Below are positions 23,601-32,915 of a stretch of 64,000 nucleotides of DNA, piece after piece. This DNA is from a virus. Lineage: Duplodnaviria; Caudoviricetes. Where the stretch lies: IMG/VR virus record IMGVR_UViG_3300035675_000001. The stretch is one strand, 5' to 3'. A model generated the notes under the pieces. That model saw only the letters and a program-made list of their open reading frames with translations. It was not told where the DNA came from and searched no databases. Position 1 is the first letter of the stretch. Each line of letters starts with the position of its first letter. The translations under genes were made by a program, and so were the position numbers.

Positions 23601-24043
23601 ATGGAAACACCATGAACCTTTTGGAGCTTGTAGATGACAGCGGCCATGCTGGAGGTCGGGCCTTTACCCGATCCCAGCCCGCCATTGCTGTCCTCAGCCC
23701 TCGACACAGACTCGACGATCACAGTCGCCACGGGGTTCTCCGGGCCGACGTATTCGAGGTAGGGGTTGTAGGCTCCCATCTGGTCGAGACCACACGCCGC
23801 GCAAATGGGGCTGTTCCGGCCAGGAGTGATTTCCTTCTCTCCCAGCGGAGCATTGGCGTCGGGCACTTCCACCAGCTCCGACTTCTCCCAGGCGCGGACC
23901 CCGTTGTGGTAGGCGATGATGTCGCGGAAGAACTTCTTCATCCCCTTGTAGCTCACCGGTTCGCCCGCGAGCGTCCGGTAAACCCGTGGAGCGTTCTTCC
24001 GCTTCTTTGCTACGGGAGCATCGACTTTTGCTTCATCAGCCAT
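20663..24043 (-). CDS. polA: Family A DNA polymerase with N-terminal UDG-like and 3'-5' exonuclease domains
   Basis: AYDTETTG, GHNLTFD; GRLSCRDPNLQQLP, ADLSQIELR, KVAKTVNF..YG, TVHDS; N-terminal C..C and P..V..VG like family-4 UDG. Confidence 0.93.
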   Translation of the reverse strand: MADEAKVDAPVAKKRKNAPRVYRTLAGEPVSYKGMKKFFRDIIAYHNGVRAWEKSELVEVPDANAPLGEKEITPGRNSPICAACGLDQMGAYNPYLEYVGPENPVATVIVESVSRAEDSNGGLGSGKGPTSSMAAVIYKLQKVHGVSIDDIRWVPLTRCAFRDGKQPNYKTKGNWCRYHVIRDLMLHPPKVVIPVGTNVLGLLSHKSNAQDWSGKLLTWRGWPDDWLTEPDFMLDRPDPLHEGGFVKGHPIFGPPPDIRIPMVPVQNRNLILSYQNPVLTREWEEHLIYALKVGKEGVPAPNYIRPWYRITTDPNEAIESLKHAIDLANRFQPLKLAYDTETTGLKAWAHFRRVKVEGSGESPDIPVEKMPDTVVRSPDPRIVFMMFRWVNPETKQEESIGFPWDYETSELKPFLDQIVPYVIELLATADVVGHNLTFDELFTIITVGRRENEHLPFLPDGQWNPDWFALQDRINLLASAGGWDTWHMAFTLLQRRGSLGLEVLAYDWAPSLAGYEEEMTLLIDLFGDTMNPANNKGGHYANCPKPLWDSHLKPYVMGDVEVTYQARDALEERLEKTKVYKIPLAWPGRPGHFRRYEAPNRHWVYRNIVSPASRTLTKMMARGMFIDPEELGRQEEGFPHKVEAAKKKLRDVDEVIERWCQTKAQEAAQPTESAPEGSTWELDLENKGQLKELLFGILKCPIHRFTKAGRKLYGDDPADWGHLSREEQVQYAAVDKFTLNKLAVDHPNLRPLQEYRKVFKLYSTYVRPLRNMMAEHLDKKQRVKEPHLSVDHCIHASFMLTGTRGGRLSCRDPNLQQLPNDGIVKRLFSSRFGGRGCIYAADLSQIELRLMAAACGDESMVNAYLQDVDLHSLTASKIKWKDGMHSYEEFTKKHMEGLQKAGKADQAKKLDLKRKVAKTVNFLTGYGGGAFGLQNVLANNEVYIPLEECEDIIESFFEAYPALKKFLGVYKNFIEENGRAVSIFGRVRHFEEIWSDDNEARNKALRAGCNHLIQSTASDMMLLCLITIEALMRDAGLNSLLVSTVHDSLVVDTIREELPQVHDIVFNVMNNIPTVIESLLPDFDTSWMIVPLAGDSEVGLNYLETNKISGDNPDWEKLLQPWGKHE

Positions 24044-24075
24044 GCCCCAAAGAACCAGATGCCGTTCTTACTTTC

Positions 24076-25098
24076 GTGGAAAGAATCGCCATAGAGCCGC
24101 CGATAAAGTGCTTTGGGCTAGAGCAAACGCTGGACAACCCGCTCTGCCCGAAGTGCCCGCATCAGCCGGAGTGCGCCAGCGTCATGGACTACCTGGCGCG
24201 GCGTGAAAGCCTCGACAAAGCCACGTTCAGCTTTCTGCCTGATGGGCTGATGGACTTTCGGAACGCAGACGTAAACAGTGTTGACCCGGATGTGGCTTCG
24301 ATGGAGGAAGTTTACGAATTTTGCCACAAGTGGGTGTTCGAGGACAAAGCCCCGGCCAACAAAATTGGCATCAACCAGTTTCACCTGGTCCTCAACCGCG
24401 TGCGCGAAGCAGAGACCTCGGTGAAGCTCTTTTTCCTCTGCAACTTGTTGGCCTGGCAACAGGCCAACGGCAAGCAGCCATTCTACTCAAAGATGTTGAC
24501 GGGCGATGCCGCCGTCCACCAGGTCAAGACCTTTGCCTCGGTTTGTCGAACACGCTTCGGGGCCTTCGACACCACAACGCTCGACCGGCTGCTGGGGTCC
24601 GACGTGGCCCGGAAGGACTTCGACCAAATCCTGCTCAGCTCCGAGATGACAGCGGGCAACTGGATCATCGGCTACAAGATGTTCAAGTCCGGCAACGTCG
24701 CGCAGAACCTATACGCCGACAAGGAAACGCTGCTTCACCCCTACTGGCTGGCGATTGAGCCGACCTACTACGAGCACGTTCTGCGCGGCCACGTTAATCA
24801 CCCGGACCCAAACCTGTCCGCCCTGATACGCAAGCACCGCTGGACCGTCGTCCACATTCACGGCCAGCTCAAAAGGCGGCAGCGCAAAGCCGTGGCGGTT
24901 TTTCACGCCAGAGAGCGCATCATGCCGGAAGCGATCCATCGCGTCCTGGCGCAGCGCGGCTTCCAGCCGGATGACTTCATGATTGAGCGCAGCGTCGTCA
25001 CGGACTCGATCCGCTTCTGGTCGAGGCTCGCGGTCGCAATCCAGCAGGTGGAACTGCTCAAATTAGTGGACGGAAATACCTCTGTCTTTACGACTTGA
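24076..25098 (+). CDS. Hypothetical protein upstream of the helicase
   Basis: Long ORF with N-terminal Cys cluster; start uncertain (GTG chosen to avoid overlapping polA). Confidence 0.6.
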   Translation: MERIAIEPPIKCFGLEQTLDNPLCPKCPHQPECASVMDYLARRESLDKATFSFLPDGLMDFRNADVNSVDPDVASMEEVYEFCHKWVFEDKAPANKIGINQFHLVLNRVREAETSVKLFFLCNLLAWQQANGKQPFYSKMLTGDAAVHQVKTFASVCRTRFGAFDTTTLDRLLGSDVARKDFDQILLSSEMTAGNWIIGYKMFKSGNVAQNLYADKETLLHPYWLAIEPTYYEHVLRGHVNHPDPNLSALIRKHRWTVVHIHGQLKRRQRKAVAVFHARERIMPEAIHRVLAQRGFQPDDFMIERSVVTDSIRFWSRLAVAIQQVELLKLVDGNTSVFTT

Positions 25099-25116
25099 AA
25101 TTCGATTCTTTGAACC

Positions 25117-26541
25117 ATGTTTGAGCGTTACAATTTTTCGGGCGACTTCCAGGACTTGCTCCTGGCCTGCATAATGAAGCACCCGAAAATGTTCCTGCAC
25201 AACGCAGGGACATTGAACTCGGCCTACTTCGAGGGGGTCGAGCGCACGGCCACGGCCCGTGCCCTGTTCGCTTATTGGCGCAAGAACGGTCGCTTTCCCA
25301 CCGAAGAAGCCCTGGGTCAGATTGTTTACGATTCCATCATCCGCAGCACGGAGGCCAAAGAGGAAGACAACGTGATGGCCTACGTGCGGAAGCTCCGGGA
25401 CATGGACACCGGGGACGCACAGTATGTGGTCGAGCGCGTGGTTCAGTTCGCCAAGGAGCGGGCCATCTTCATCGCCATTCAGAAATCTTATGACTTCTTG
25501 AAGTCAGGTGAGACGCCGCCCGGAGGATTCAGCCGGATGTTTGAGGACGCGCTCAAAATCGGGATGAACCTCGAAGACCTGGGCTACAAGTTTTGGAAGG
25601 ACTACCCCGATGAGTTCGCCAAAATCATGGAGAAAATCAAGAGCAAGGACTACGGCACACCGACCGGCTTTAGCGACCTGGACAAGCTCTGGCCTTTCGG
25701 CTGGGGACCAGGCTGGCTCATCTCGATCCTGGCTCCCCCGAAGCGTTACAAGACGGCGTTCTGCATCAACCTGGCCATGAACATCGTCACGGAGTTCAAG
25801 AAACCGGTCCTCTACTACCCGTGCGAAATCACCCAGGAACTTGCTGCCGTCCGCTGCGCCTGCAACCTGACCAACACTCCCAGCGATTTCGTTTACAAAA
25901 ACCCGAACACGTTCGCGGAGATCGCCACGCAGGCCATCATCGAGAAGTGCGAGAAGCCGCTCATCATTAAAGGATTTCCGGCCAGGGCCGCGACCATCGC
26001 CGGGGACATCCGCTCCCACGCGCTGACGGTCTGCCAGCAGTTTCAGATTCAGCCGGGAGCCATCTTCATCGACTTCGCCGAAACCGTGAAGTCCACGGCA
26101 GACCCCAAGCGGACCAGTGAGTGGCGTGCCCAGGGCGAGATTTACCTGGAGGCCCGCGCCCTGGGGGCGGAGTTCAAGTGCCCGGTGATCCTGCCCGACC
26201 GCTGCAACAAGGAGACGGTCGGCCACGCCGTGCCGAGCATGAAGTCATTCCAAGGGTCGTTCGAGAAGGCGGGCATCGTGGACGTGGCCATCGGCCTGTG
26301 CGCCAGCGACCAGGAATACATGGACAACATCATCCGCTATTTCGTCTTCCTGAACCGGCACGGCGAAGCGTTCCAGCACTACCGGGGTGAAGTCGATCCC
26401 ACGGCGATGAAAATGTCGATCCTGGAGAAGATTGAATGGAATCCCGAAGAAGACGATGGAGGCGGCGACCGTCAAAACAATCGCCGCCCCAACAGGAATC
26501 GTAACCGGCGTGCCCCCGCCCCGGTGGACCGAATCGGTTAA
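25117..26541 (+). CDS. DnaB-like replicative helicase
   Basis: TPTGFSDLD, APPKRYKT P-loop variant, IFIDF, NRHG. Confidence 0.8.
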   Translation: MFERYNFSGDFQDLLLACIMKHPKMFLHNAGTLNSAYFEGVERTATARALFAYWRKNGRFPTEEALGQIVYDSIIRSTEAKEEDNVMAYVRKLRDMDTGDAQYVVERVVQFAKERAIFIAIQKSYDFLKSGETPPGGFSRMFEDALKIGMNLEDLGYKFWKDYPDEFAKIMEKIKSKDYGTPTGFSDLDKLWPFGWGPGWLISILAPPKRYKTAFCINLAMNIVTEFKKPVLYYPCEITQELAAVRCACNLTNTPSDFVYKNPNTFAEIATQAIIEKCEKPLIIKGFPARAATIAGDIRSHALTVCQQFQIQPGAIFIDFAETVKSTADPKRTSEWRAQGEIYLEARALGAEFKCPVILPDRCNKETVGHAVPSMKSFQGSFEKAGIVDVAIGLCASDQEYMDNIIRYFVFLNRHGEAFQHYRGEVDPTAMKMSILEKIEWNPEEDDGGGDRQNNRRPNRNRNRRAPAPVDRIG

Positions 26542-26894
26542 ACGTGGACCGGATTCCGGGAGACACCCGGACTGGCAAACGGAATAAACTTGGGAGCAAT
26601 CTGGCGCTCGACGACCCGCAGGCCAATCGCTTCCGTGGCCCGCAGCATCTTCTTGGCTACCGGCCCAGTGCCGTTTCGGTAGTCAGAGCGGAACTTCGTT
26701 CCCATCGAGTTTTGGGCCTTCATGACCCGATACTGAGCCTGGGTTTCGCTGACACCGAGTTCGTTGGCAATGGCCTTGGTGCTCCGGCCCTGCATAGCTC
26801 GAACTGCTACGAGGGCGTCGCTGATGTCGGTAAAGACGATCTTGTGCCGACAGAGCTTGCGAGCGGTTTTCTCGATTTCTTTGCTGGTGCTCAT
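26538..26894 (-). CDS. HTH DNA-binding protein
   Basis: GRSTKAIANELGVSETQAQYRV. Confidence 0.65.
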   Translation of the reverse strand: MSTSKEIEKTARKLCRHKIVFTDISDALVAVRAMQGRSTKAIANELGVSETQAQYRVMKAQNSMGTKFRSDYRNGTGPVAKKMLRATEAIGLRVVERQIAPKFIPFASPGVSRNPVHV

Positions 26895-27338
26895 TTAGCC
26901 TTTCATGTGCGCGGCCACGGCCATGCCCATTGCCACAGCCTTGATGTGGCACCCGCACTCTGGACAAAAGTTGATGGTGACTTCCCGAACAGCAGCGTGC
27001 TTGTTCGTCCGCTTCTTCATCCGGCGCTTGATCTCGGCGCTGCGCTCCTCCTTGCTCATCCCGGCCCAGTAGGTGGACTGCGGGCGCTTGACTTCTTCCG
27101 GGTGAGCTTCGCGCCAGGCCCTCGTGCGGCGGTCAACCTTGACCGGCTGCTCCTCCAGAGCCACAGCGGTTCCTCCGTTGCCACTGCCGTTGAAACGCAC
27201 CAGGGCACGCTCTGGCCGCTTCTGGCCGAGCGCCACGATGGTTTTGCTGTGGACGCGGCCATAGTGCATGGCTTCGGCCTGGGGACTGTCAAACGGTGCG
27301 TGATCGCACCCCTTTTCTCTGCATCGGTATTTTTTCAT
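26895..27338 (-). CDS. Basic protein with C2H2-like and CxxC motifs
   Basis: CREKGC...HYGRVH; FCPECG. Confidence 0.6.
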   Translation of the reverse strand: MKKYRCREKGCDHAPFDSPQAEAMHYGRVHSKTIVALGQKRPERALVRFNGSGNGGTAVALEEQPVKVDRRTRAWREAHPEEVKRPQSTYWAGMSKEERSAEIKRRMKKRTNKHAAVREVTINFCPECGCHIKAVAMGMAVAAHMKG

Positions 27339-27356
27339 GTTTGTGTTTTGGTGGAC

Positions 27357-28115
27357 TCAGACGGCGATTGTCGCCATCGAAACGTCATCCTCGGCGAAGC
27401 TGTCATTCATCACCAAGGAAAGCTGGCCCTCTGTGTAGGCAGTGAGCATTTCGCGCCAATCGCGCAAACCTGCGTGCTTGTCACGAAATCCATCAATGCC
27501 GTCAGAACAGAGGTAAATGATGTCGCCGGGCTGAACCACCGACTCGATCACGACAGGCTCCAAATGCTTAGCTGGCCTCTGACTCCCGCTCTCGTTGCCA
27601 TTCTGGATGATGCAATCGTAGTAAGCCTTGACCTCGGTGCGGTGCTCTGTGAGGTAGCTCGTCTTACGAACCTCGTCCTGCTGGTAAGCCAGAAAGTCAG
27701 GCTCCGGCAGGTTAACGTGAACCACTCGGACGTGGTTGTGATTTTTGTGAATCAGCGTGCCGTTGCCGTAGAGATAGACAGTGAGCTTGTCCCCGTTCAC
27801 CCAGGCCGCAAGCAAAGAGGCATCGAGTGCCATGCGATGCAGAGCTGGAAAGATGGCGTGCGTCGCTGACGCCTTGCCAATCGTGTAGGTGCCGAAGAAG
27901 GCAGGCAGCAGCGCAGTTGTCCGGCACAAGCGCACGGTCTCTCTGGCCGCATAAGCAAGCGCCCGCACACCGAAGTCGATGTCCTGGATGCCGTCTCGGC
28001 CTTGGCCATCACAGACGATGGCGTAGGCAAAGTCACCAGACGCACCCGCGAGCGCGTAGTCAGCGCAAACAGGATGGTCTGCGCCTCCCTTGAGATATGT
28101 GTAGCTGGTTTTCAT
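27357..28115 (-). CDS. PP2C-like phosphatase
   Basis: CADY, AIVCDG, YLCSDG, EDDVS. Confidence 0.75.
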   Translation of the reverse strand: MKTSYTYLKGGADHPVCADYALAGASGDFAYAIVCDGQGRDGIQDIDFGVRALAYAARETVRLCRTTALLPAFFGTYTIGKASATHAIFPALHRMALDASLLAAWVNGDKLTVYLYGNGTLIHKNHNHVRVVHVNLPEPDFLAYQQDEVRKTSYLTEHRTEVKAYYDCIIQNGNESGSQRPAKHLEPVVIESVVQPGDIIYLCSDGIDGFRDKHAGLRDWREMLTAYTEGQLSLVMNDSFAEDDVSMATIAV

Positions 28116-29023
28116 TTCTTGCTGCCTTTCTGGAGACGTTGAAGTTTGGAAGCCAGGTCAACCCTGGGAGGGAGAGCATCCATGCTCTTGGGAGAGGTCA
28201 ACCTGGCTCCAAAATCGTGAGTCTTGAGGTAAGTCACCGGGACCGGAGTCTCCACTTCGTGTCCGTTGACGTTGACTGCCTTGAAGACGTATGCCTTTCG
28301 GCCCAGTGCTTTGACCAGGGCCATGCCCATCTGAAACGAGTTCTCGACAACGCTCATCTGCACGTATTCCTCGCGGCTGTGCATTCGGAAGTAGCCCGCA
28401 GGCAGATTCAGGCAAGGAAAACTGAACTTGCGCTTGAGCACCGAGACATCCGTGTAGGGATGATGCTGCCAGTTCACCGCTCCATAGTTCTGGAGAACCG
28501 GCCATACCGCGTCGAAGAACGGCCCCTGGGTTGGGAACAACTGGGTGCCGTCACAGGTGAAGGTCAGGATGTCGTCGCAAGGCGAGTCGAACTCCATGAC
28601 GTAGCCCGCGCTCAGAAACCACTCCTCCAGGCAGTGGCGCGAGCCGACACAGCCGTTCTCCTCGGAGACGAAAAAAGCTGCTTTGCACACGTCGAGCTGT
28701 TCGAGCATCTGGAGGCAGATGTAGATGCCAGCTTTGTCGTCGCCGCCACAGCCGACCTGCTTCTCGCTCCAGTCGGTTGCAAAGAGCTTGTCGCCCTCCT
28801 CGTGGATGATGACGTTGGTAGGGGCGTGAACGGTGTCGGTGTGAGCGGCCACGCAGGGATACACGTCCGAAACGCCTTTCGTCACGTAGATGTTGCCTCT
28901 GGAGTCCTTCTTGGCAACGCAGTTTGTGCCTCGGAAATACTCCATAAGCCATTCGACCATAGTGCCTTCATGGCCGGTGCTGGTCGGCACCCGGAGCACG
29001 TCTTTGAGCAGTCGTTTGTTCAT
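28112..29023 (-). CDS. M28/M20-type zinc peptidase
   Basis: AAHTDTVH, GGDDKAG, SEENGCVGS, MHSREE. Confidence 0.85.
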   Translation of the reverse strand: MNKRLLKDVLRVPTSTGHEGTMVEWLMEYFRGTNCVAKKDSRGNIYVTKGVSDVYPCVAAHTDTVHAPTNVIIHEEGDKLFATDWSEKQVGCGGDDKAGIYICLQMLEQLDVCKAAFFVSEENGCVGSRHCLEEWFLSAGYVMEFDSPCDDILTFTCDGTQLFPTQGPFFDAVWPVLQNYGAVNWQHHPYTDVSVLKRKFSFPCLNLPAGYFRMHSREEYVQMSVVENSFQMGMALVKALGRKAYVFKAVNVNGHEVETPVPVTYLKTHDFGARLTSPKSMDALPPRVDLASKLQRLQKGSKK

Positions 29024-29032
29024 TCGGTAGAA

Positions 29033-29061
29033 AAGGTAAACAATTTCCAGTCCCGCGTCAA
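29033..29061 (-). promoter_or_regulatory. Sigma70-type promoter
   Basis: TTGACG-17 nt-TACCTT upstream of the peptidase. Confidence 0.6.
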
Positions 29062-29126
29062 GGGTGTTGTGAAGAATTTTTCAGGGGGTGCCCAGCCAGG
29101 CAGTTTCGTTCTTAGTGGGAGACGAT

Positions 29127-29729
29127 ATGCCATACTCGCAAAACAACGAAGAAACGGTGGTCCTGGGTCTGCTGGAAAAGGCCGGTTTGAAGACGGGCCG
29201 ATTCCTGGACATCGGGGCTTACGACGGAAAAACTTTCAGCAACACCCTGCGCCTGGCGGAACTGGGCTGGTCAGGGGTCTGTGTTGAGCCATCCCCCACT
29301 GCATTTACGGGGCTGCTCAAGGTCCACCAGAACAACCCGGAGATCGTTCTCGTCAACGCAGCCATCAGCACCGATGGCGGCTGGCTGGAGTTCTACGACA
29401 GCGGCGGTGATGCCGTCTCATCCTCGGACAAAGCCCACGTCGAGCGGTGGAGCCACAACGCCGGGGTCAAGTTCACCCGATTCAGCTTGAAGTCGGTCTC
29501 CATCGAAGAATTGTTTACAAAATTCGGCGTGAACTTCGAGTTCATCAACCTGGACGTGGAGAGCTTGAACTGGCAGCTCTTTCAAAAACTCCCCTGGGAC
29601 TTCCTGGGCAGGGTCCAGGTCATTTGCGTCGAGCACGACCAGCACACGGACGCGATGACCAGCCTGGCCAGCGCCCACGGGTTCAAACAGATCACGACGA
29701 ACGCTGAGAATTTGATCCTGGCTCGATGA
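29127..29729 (+). CDS. FkbM-family methyltransferase
   Basis: YSQ, FLDIGAYDG..FSNT, CVEP, FINLDVE. Confidence 0.85.
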   Translation: MPYSQNNEETVVLGLLEKAGLKTGRFLDIGAYDGKTFSNTLRLAELGWSGVCVEPSPTAFTGLLKVHQNNPEIVLVNAAISTDGGWLEFYDSGGDAVSSSDKAHVERWSHNAGVKFTRFSLKSVSIEELFTKFGVNFEFINLDVESLNWQLFQKLPWDFLGRVQVICVEHDQHTDAMTSLASAHGFKQITTNAENLILAR

Positions 29730-30451
29730 GATGCGTGGTCAACTTTGCCAAGGCTGCTCCGTGGCCGAACACCTGGTATCCACGCGGACAGCTCCGGCTG
29801 GAGCGAAGCCTGTTTGACCAGGGCTTCGACGGCCAGGTCATCCTGTTCCGGGATGAGTCTGAGCTGAACGTGCTGCCGCATCGGGAAATGCCCTATGCTT
29901 TCAAGGTCGCGGCTTTGCGGGCAGCAGCCAAACGCGGTTGCACCAGCCTGCTGTGGGCCGACGCCTCGATCTTCGCCATCAAGCCGCTGGACCCGATATT
30001 CGACCACATTGAGAAGACCGGCCATCTGTTTTTCATGTCCGGCTTCAACTGCGCCCAGTGGACGAACGATCAGGCGCTCTCGATCATGGGGGTCACCCGC
30101 GACCAGGCCGACCAAATGCCCATGCTGATGGCCTGCTGCATGGGCTTCGACCTGCGGAACGAGCGCACGCGCCAGTTTCTCGACCGCTTCGAGCACATCG
30201 TCCACCACACCTTGGCCGTGCGCGGCAACTGGACGAATGACCTCGGCACCGAATCCCAAGACCCGCGCTGCAAAGGCCATCGCCACGACCAGTCCGTGGC
30301 GAGCATCATCGCCGCGCAGCTTGGAATGGAGCTGCAACCTCCCGTGCTGCTGAACTACTACGGGCCTGCGATTTACCAGTATGGCCAGCCCAACGACATG
30401 AGCAAAATTTCGCCCGACACCGTTCTGCTGGGCCAAGGGATGATGTCATGA
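29726..30451 (+). CDS. Putative nucleotide-sugar transferase
   Basis: PYAFK, LLWADAS, GHRHDQS. Confidence 0.6.
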   Translation: MRCVVNFAKAAPWPNTWYPRGQLRLERSLFDQGFDGQVILFRDESELNVLPHREMPYAFKVAALRAAAKRGCTSLLWADASIFAIKPLDPIFDHIEKTGHLFFMSGFNCAQWTNDQALSIMGVTRDQADQMPMLMACCMGFDLRNERTRQFLDRFEHIVHHTLAVRGNWTNDLGTESQDPRCKGHRHDQSVASIIAAQLGMELQPPVLLNYYGPAIYQYGQPNDMSKISPDTVLLGQGMMS

Positions 30452-31128
30452 AACGCTGCGTCATCAACGTCGCTGTCGGAGCCTGGTATCCTCGCGGCCA
30501 AGACCGCCTTCGGACCAGCCTTCACGCTGTGGGCTTCCAGGGCGACTTCATCTGCTGGCGCGATAGCTGGCCTCCTGGCAGCCCGCCGCACTCGGAGCTG
30601 CCCTATGGCTTCAAGTCCTACGCTTTTCAGGATGTGGTCAAGCAGGGCTACGACACGATCCTCTGGTTGGACTGCTCCTGCTGGGCCATCCGTCCGCTGG
30701 AGCCTTTGTTCAATCACATCGAGCAGGAGGGCCATGTCTTTTCCTACGAAGGCTGGAAGGCCGGGCAGTGGCTCAAAGACGAAGCCCTGGCCAACCTCGG
30801 CATCACCCGCGACGAGGCGCTGGAAGTGCCGCTGATCGGCGGCATGTTCATGGGCATCTGCCTGACGCACGAACGCTCGCGCAAATGGCTGGAGGGCTTC
30901 TGCAAGTTTTGCCAGGATGGCACCACGCTCCCCGGTCAACTCCGCAACGTGAACCACTCTGTCTCAAACGACGACCGCTGCCTCGGCCATGTTGCCGATC
31001 AGTCCGTGGCGTCAATTTTGGCCCATCGCTTGGGCATGGGCATCACGTATCCTCCGACCTGGCGGGACTGGGGGCACGACAAAAAACAGTTCGACCCGTC
31101 CACTGTAATTCTGGCAGCAGGCATGTAA
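30448..31128 (+). CDS. Putative nucleotide-sugar transferase, tandem paralog
   Basis: PYGFK, ILWLDCS, GHVADQS; same N-terminal RCV(V/I)N.A...WYPRGQ.RL. Confidence 0.6.
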   Translation: MKRCVINVAVGAWYPRGQDRLRTSLHAVGFQGDFICWRDSWPPGSPPHSELPYGFKSYAFQDVVKQGYDTILWLDCSCWAIRPLEPLFNHIEQEGHVFSYEGWKAGQWLKDEALANLGITRDEALEVPLIGGMFMGICLTHERSRKWLEGFCKFCQDGTTLPGQLRNVNHSVSNDDRCLGHVADQSVASILAHRLGMGITYPPTWRDWGHDKKQFDPSTVILAAGM

Positions 31129-31130
31129 CC

Positions 31131-31682
31131 ATGAACATCGTCGAAGGATCATTTACCGGACTCCACCCCACTGAAATTGATGTTTTCCGCCGCGTGCTCC
31201 AGGGCCGCAGCGGCTTCGGAGTTGAAATTGGCTGCTGTGACGGCTACAGCACGGTCAATATCCTGGCCGTCTCGGACCTCCACCTGACCAGCATCGACCC
31301 CTTCATTGTTGATCCAGTAGCGCCTTGCCTCCAGGGAAAGCTGGAGCGGTTCCTGGCGAACGTGAAGCCCTTTGGCAAGCGCATCGCGCTGATCGAAGAC
31401 TACTCCTGGAACGCGGTCAAAACGTGGAAGAATCCGCTCGATTTCCTCTTTATCGACGGCGACCATCGTTATGAAGGTGTGCTGCGCGACTTCAACGAGT
31501 GGACCCCACTGCTTAAAGTCGGAGGTATCCTGGCTATGCACGATTCCCGGATGGGTCGGCATGAAGCTGCTCCCTTCCATCCCGGCCCCAGCCAGGTCGC
31601 AAAAGAAAATGTTTACGGTCAGCCGGATCGCTGGGCGATCATTGGCGAAGCCTTCTCCCTAACCGTCGCACGAAAGAAATAA
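31131..31682 (+). CDS. Class I methyltransferase (Methyltransf_24-like)
   Basis: VEIGCCDGYS, FLFIDGDHRYEGV..D, LKVGGILAMHD. Confidence 0.85.
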   Translation: MNIVEGSFTGLHPTEIDVFRRVLQGRSGFGVEIGCCDGYSTVNILAVSDLHLTSIDPFIVDPVAPCLQGKLERFLANVKPFGKRIALIEDYSWNAVKTWKNPLDFLFIDGDHRYEGVLRDFNEWTPLLKVGGILAMHDSRMGRHEAAPFHPGPSQVAKENVYGQPDRWAIIGEAFSLTVARKK

Positions 31683-31683
31683 T

Positions 31684-32295
31684 ATGGGTATCGTTCCACT
31701 AAGCCTCGACTTCCTCTACCGCTACCTGCCCGTGGTGGGCGGGCTGCAAAACTGCCACATGATGGAGCTGGGTGACCAGCAAATGTATTGTCACCACAAC
31801 ATCCCCGAAGGCAGCGCGGCCAAGTCCTGGTTTGAGCGCATGGGGGCCAAGCACACATCCATCGACACCAATGGCCAGCTTGGAGCGATTGCCCTTGATC
31901 TGTCGGTCCCAATCAACCGTCCTGAGTGGGACGGCCAATTCGACGTGGTGACTGACTTTGGAACGAGCGAGCACGTTGGCACCACCATCGAAGCCCTCTA
32001 CAACTGCCGGGCCAACTGCCATCGCTGGTGCCGCCAGGGCGGACTGCTCTACTTCATGAATCCGAAGACGGGCCACTGGCCCAAGCACGGGTTCCACTAC
32101 TTCACGATGGCCCATTACCACAAGTTGGCCGAAGCCTGCGGCTATCTGGTATTGGAGATTTCAGAGAACCCATCGCTGGGCAACTACAGGGACGGCTGGC
32201 AAGTTCACGCTGCCTTCCAAAAGATGACCTCCACGCCCTTTATCTCGCTGGAAAAGTTCAGTGAGATTTACGCGAACACCGTCTTCGCGGCTTAG
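31684..32295 (+). CDS. Class I methyltransferase-like protein
   Basis: MELGDQ, FDVVTDFGTSEHV. Confidence 0.7.
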   Translation: MGIVPLSLDFLYRYLPVVGGLQNCHMMELGDQQMYCHHNIPEGSAAKSWFERMGAKHTSIDTNGQLGAIALDLSVPINRPEWDGQFDVVTDFGTSEHVGTTIEALYNCRANCHRWCRQGGLLYFMNPKTGHWPKHGFHYFTMAHYHKLAEACGYLVLEISENPSLGNYRDGWQVHAAFQKMTSTPFISLEKFSEIYANTVFAA

Positions 32296-32915
32296 ACTGC
32301 AAACCAGCACTTGTCGCAGGGTGGATGGCAGCGCGAGATTTCCTCGCGCCAATTTTCCGTCAGCGGAATACCGTGCTCCGGCAGGCCAGGACCGACACAG
32401 CAGGGATACAGCAAACCCCTGGCATAAGCCACGCTGAGCTGACCCCGGTAGCACATCTCTGTTCCCCTTTGGGTGCGCGGTGTGAACTCGATGGTGCCGA
32501 CGACGAGTTTCTTTAAGCCCATCCCTGACAGCGTGCGGAGCGCATCCAGGTTATTGGGGCAACCTGGGAAACTTGCCTCAGTATAGGTGCTGAAATAGAC
32601 CTCATCAAACAGGCGGAAGACCTCCGGGAACTTGCGTGCGCCGTAGCCATTGGTCTCAATCGTCAAGAGCTTACATCCGAATAGCTGCTTGAACTTCGCA
32701 GCGAACTCCGGGAATTGGGGATGGACCGTAGGTTCACCGCCTGTGCAGTGGATTTGCTCGATGCCGTAAAAGTATCGAGCCGCGTGCTCGAAATACTCCC
32801 AGGAGTGATGCTCGCGCTCGACCGCCTTTTTATCCGGGATGCCGCAGGCGCAATCCGGGCACCGCATGGAGCAGTGGCTTGTGACCTCCAAGCTGACTGC
32901 CGCGATCTTCCTCAT
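32292..32915 (-). CDS. Radical SAM protein
   Basis: CSMRCPDC, TGGEPT, ETNG; start at the ATGA overlap. Confidence 0.85.
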   Translation of the reverse strand: MRKIAAVSLEVTSHCSMRCPDCACGIPDKKAVEREHHSWEYFEHAARYFYGIEQIHCTGGEPTVHPQFPEFAAKFKQLFGCKLLTIETNGYGARKFPEVFRLFDEVYFSTYTEASFPGCPNNLDALRTLSGMGLKKLVVGTIEFTPRTQRGTEMCYRGQLSVAYARGLLYPCCVGPGLPEHGIPLTENWREEISRCHPPCDKCWFAV

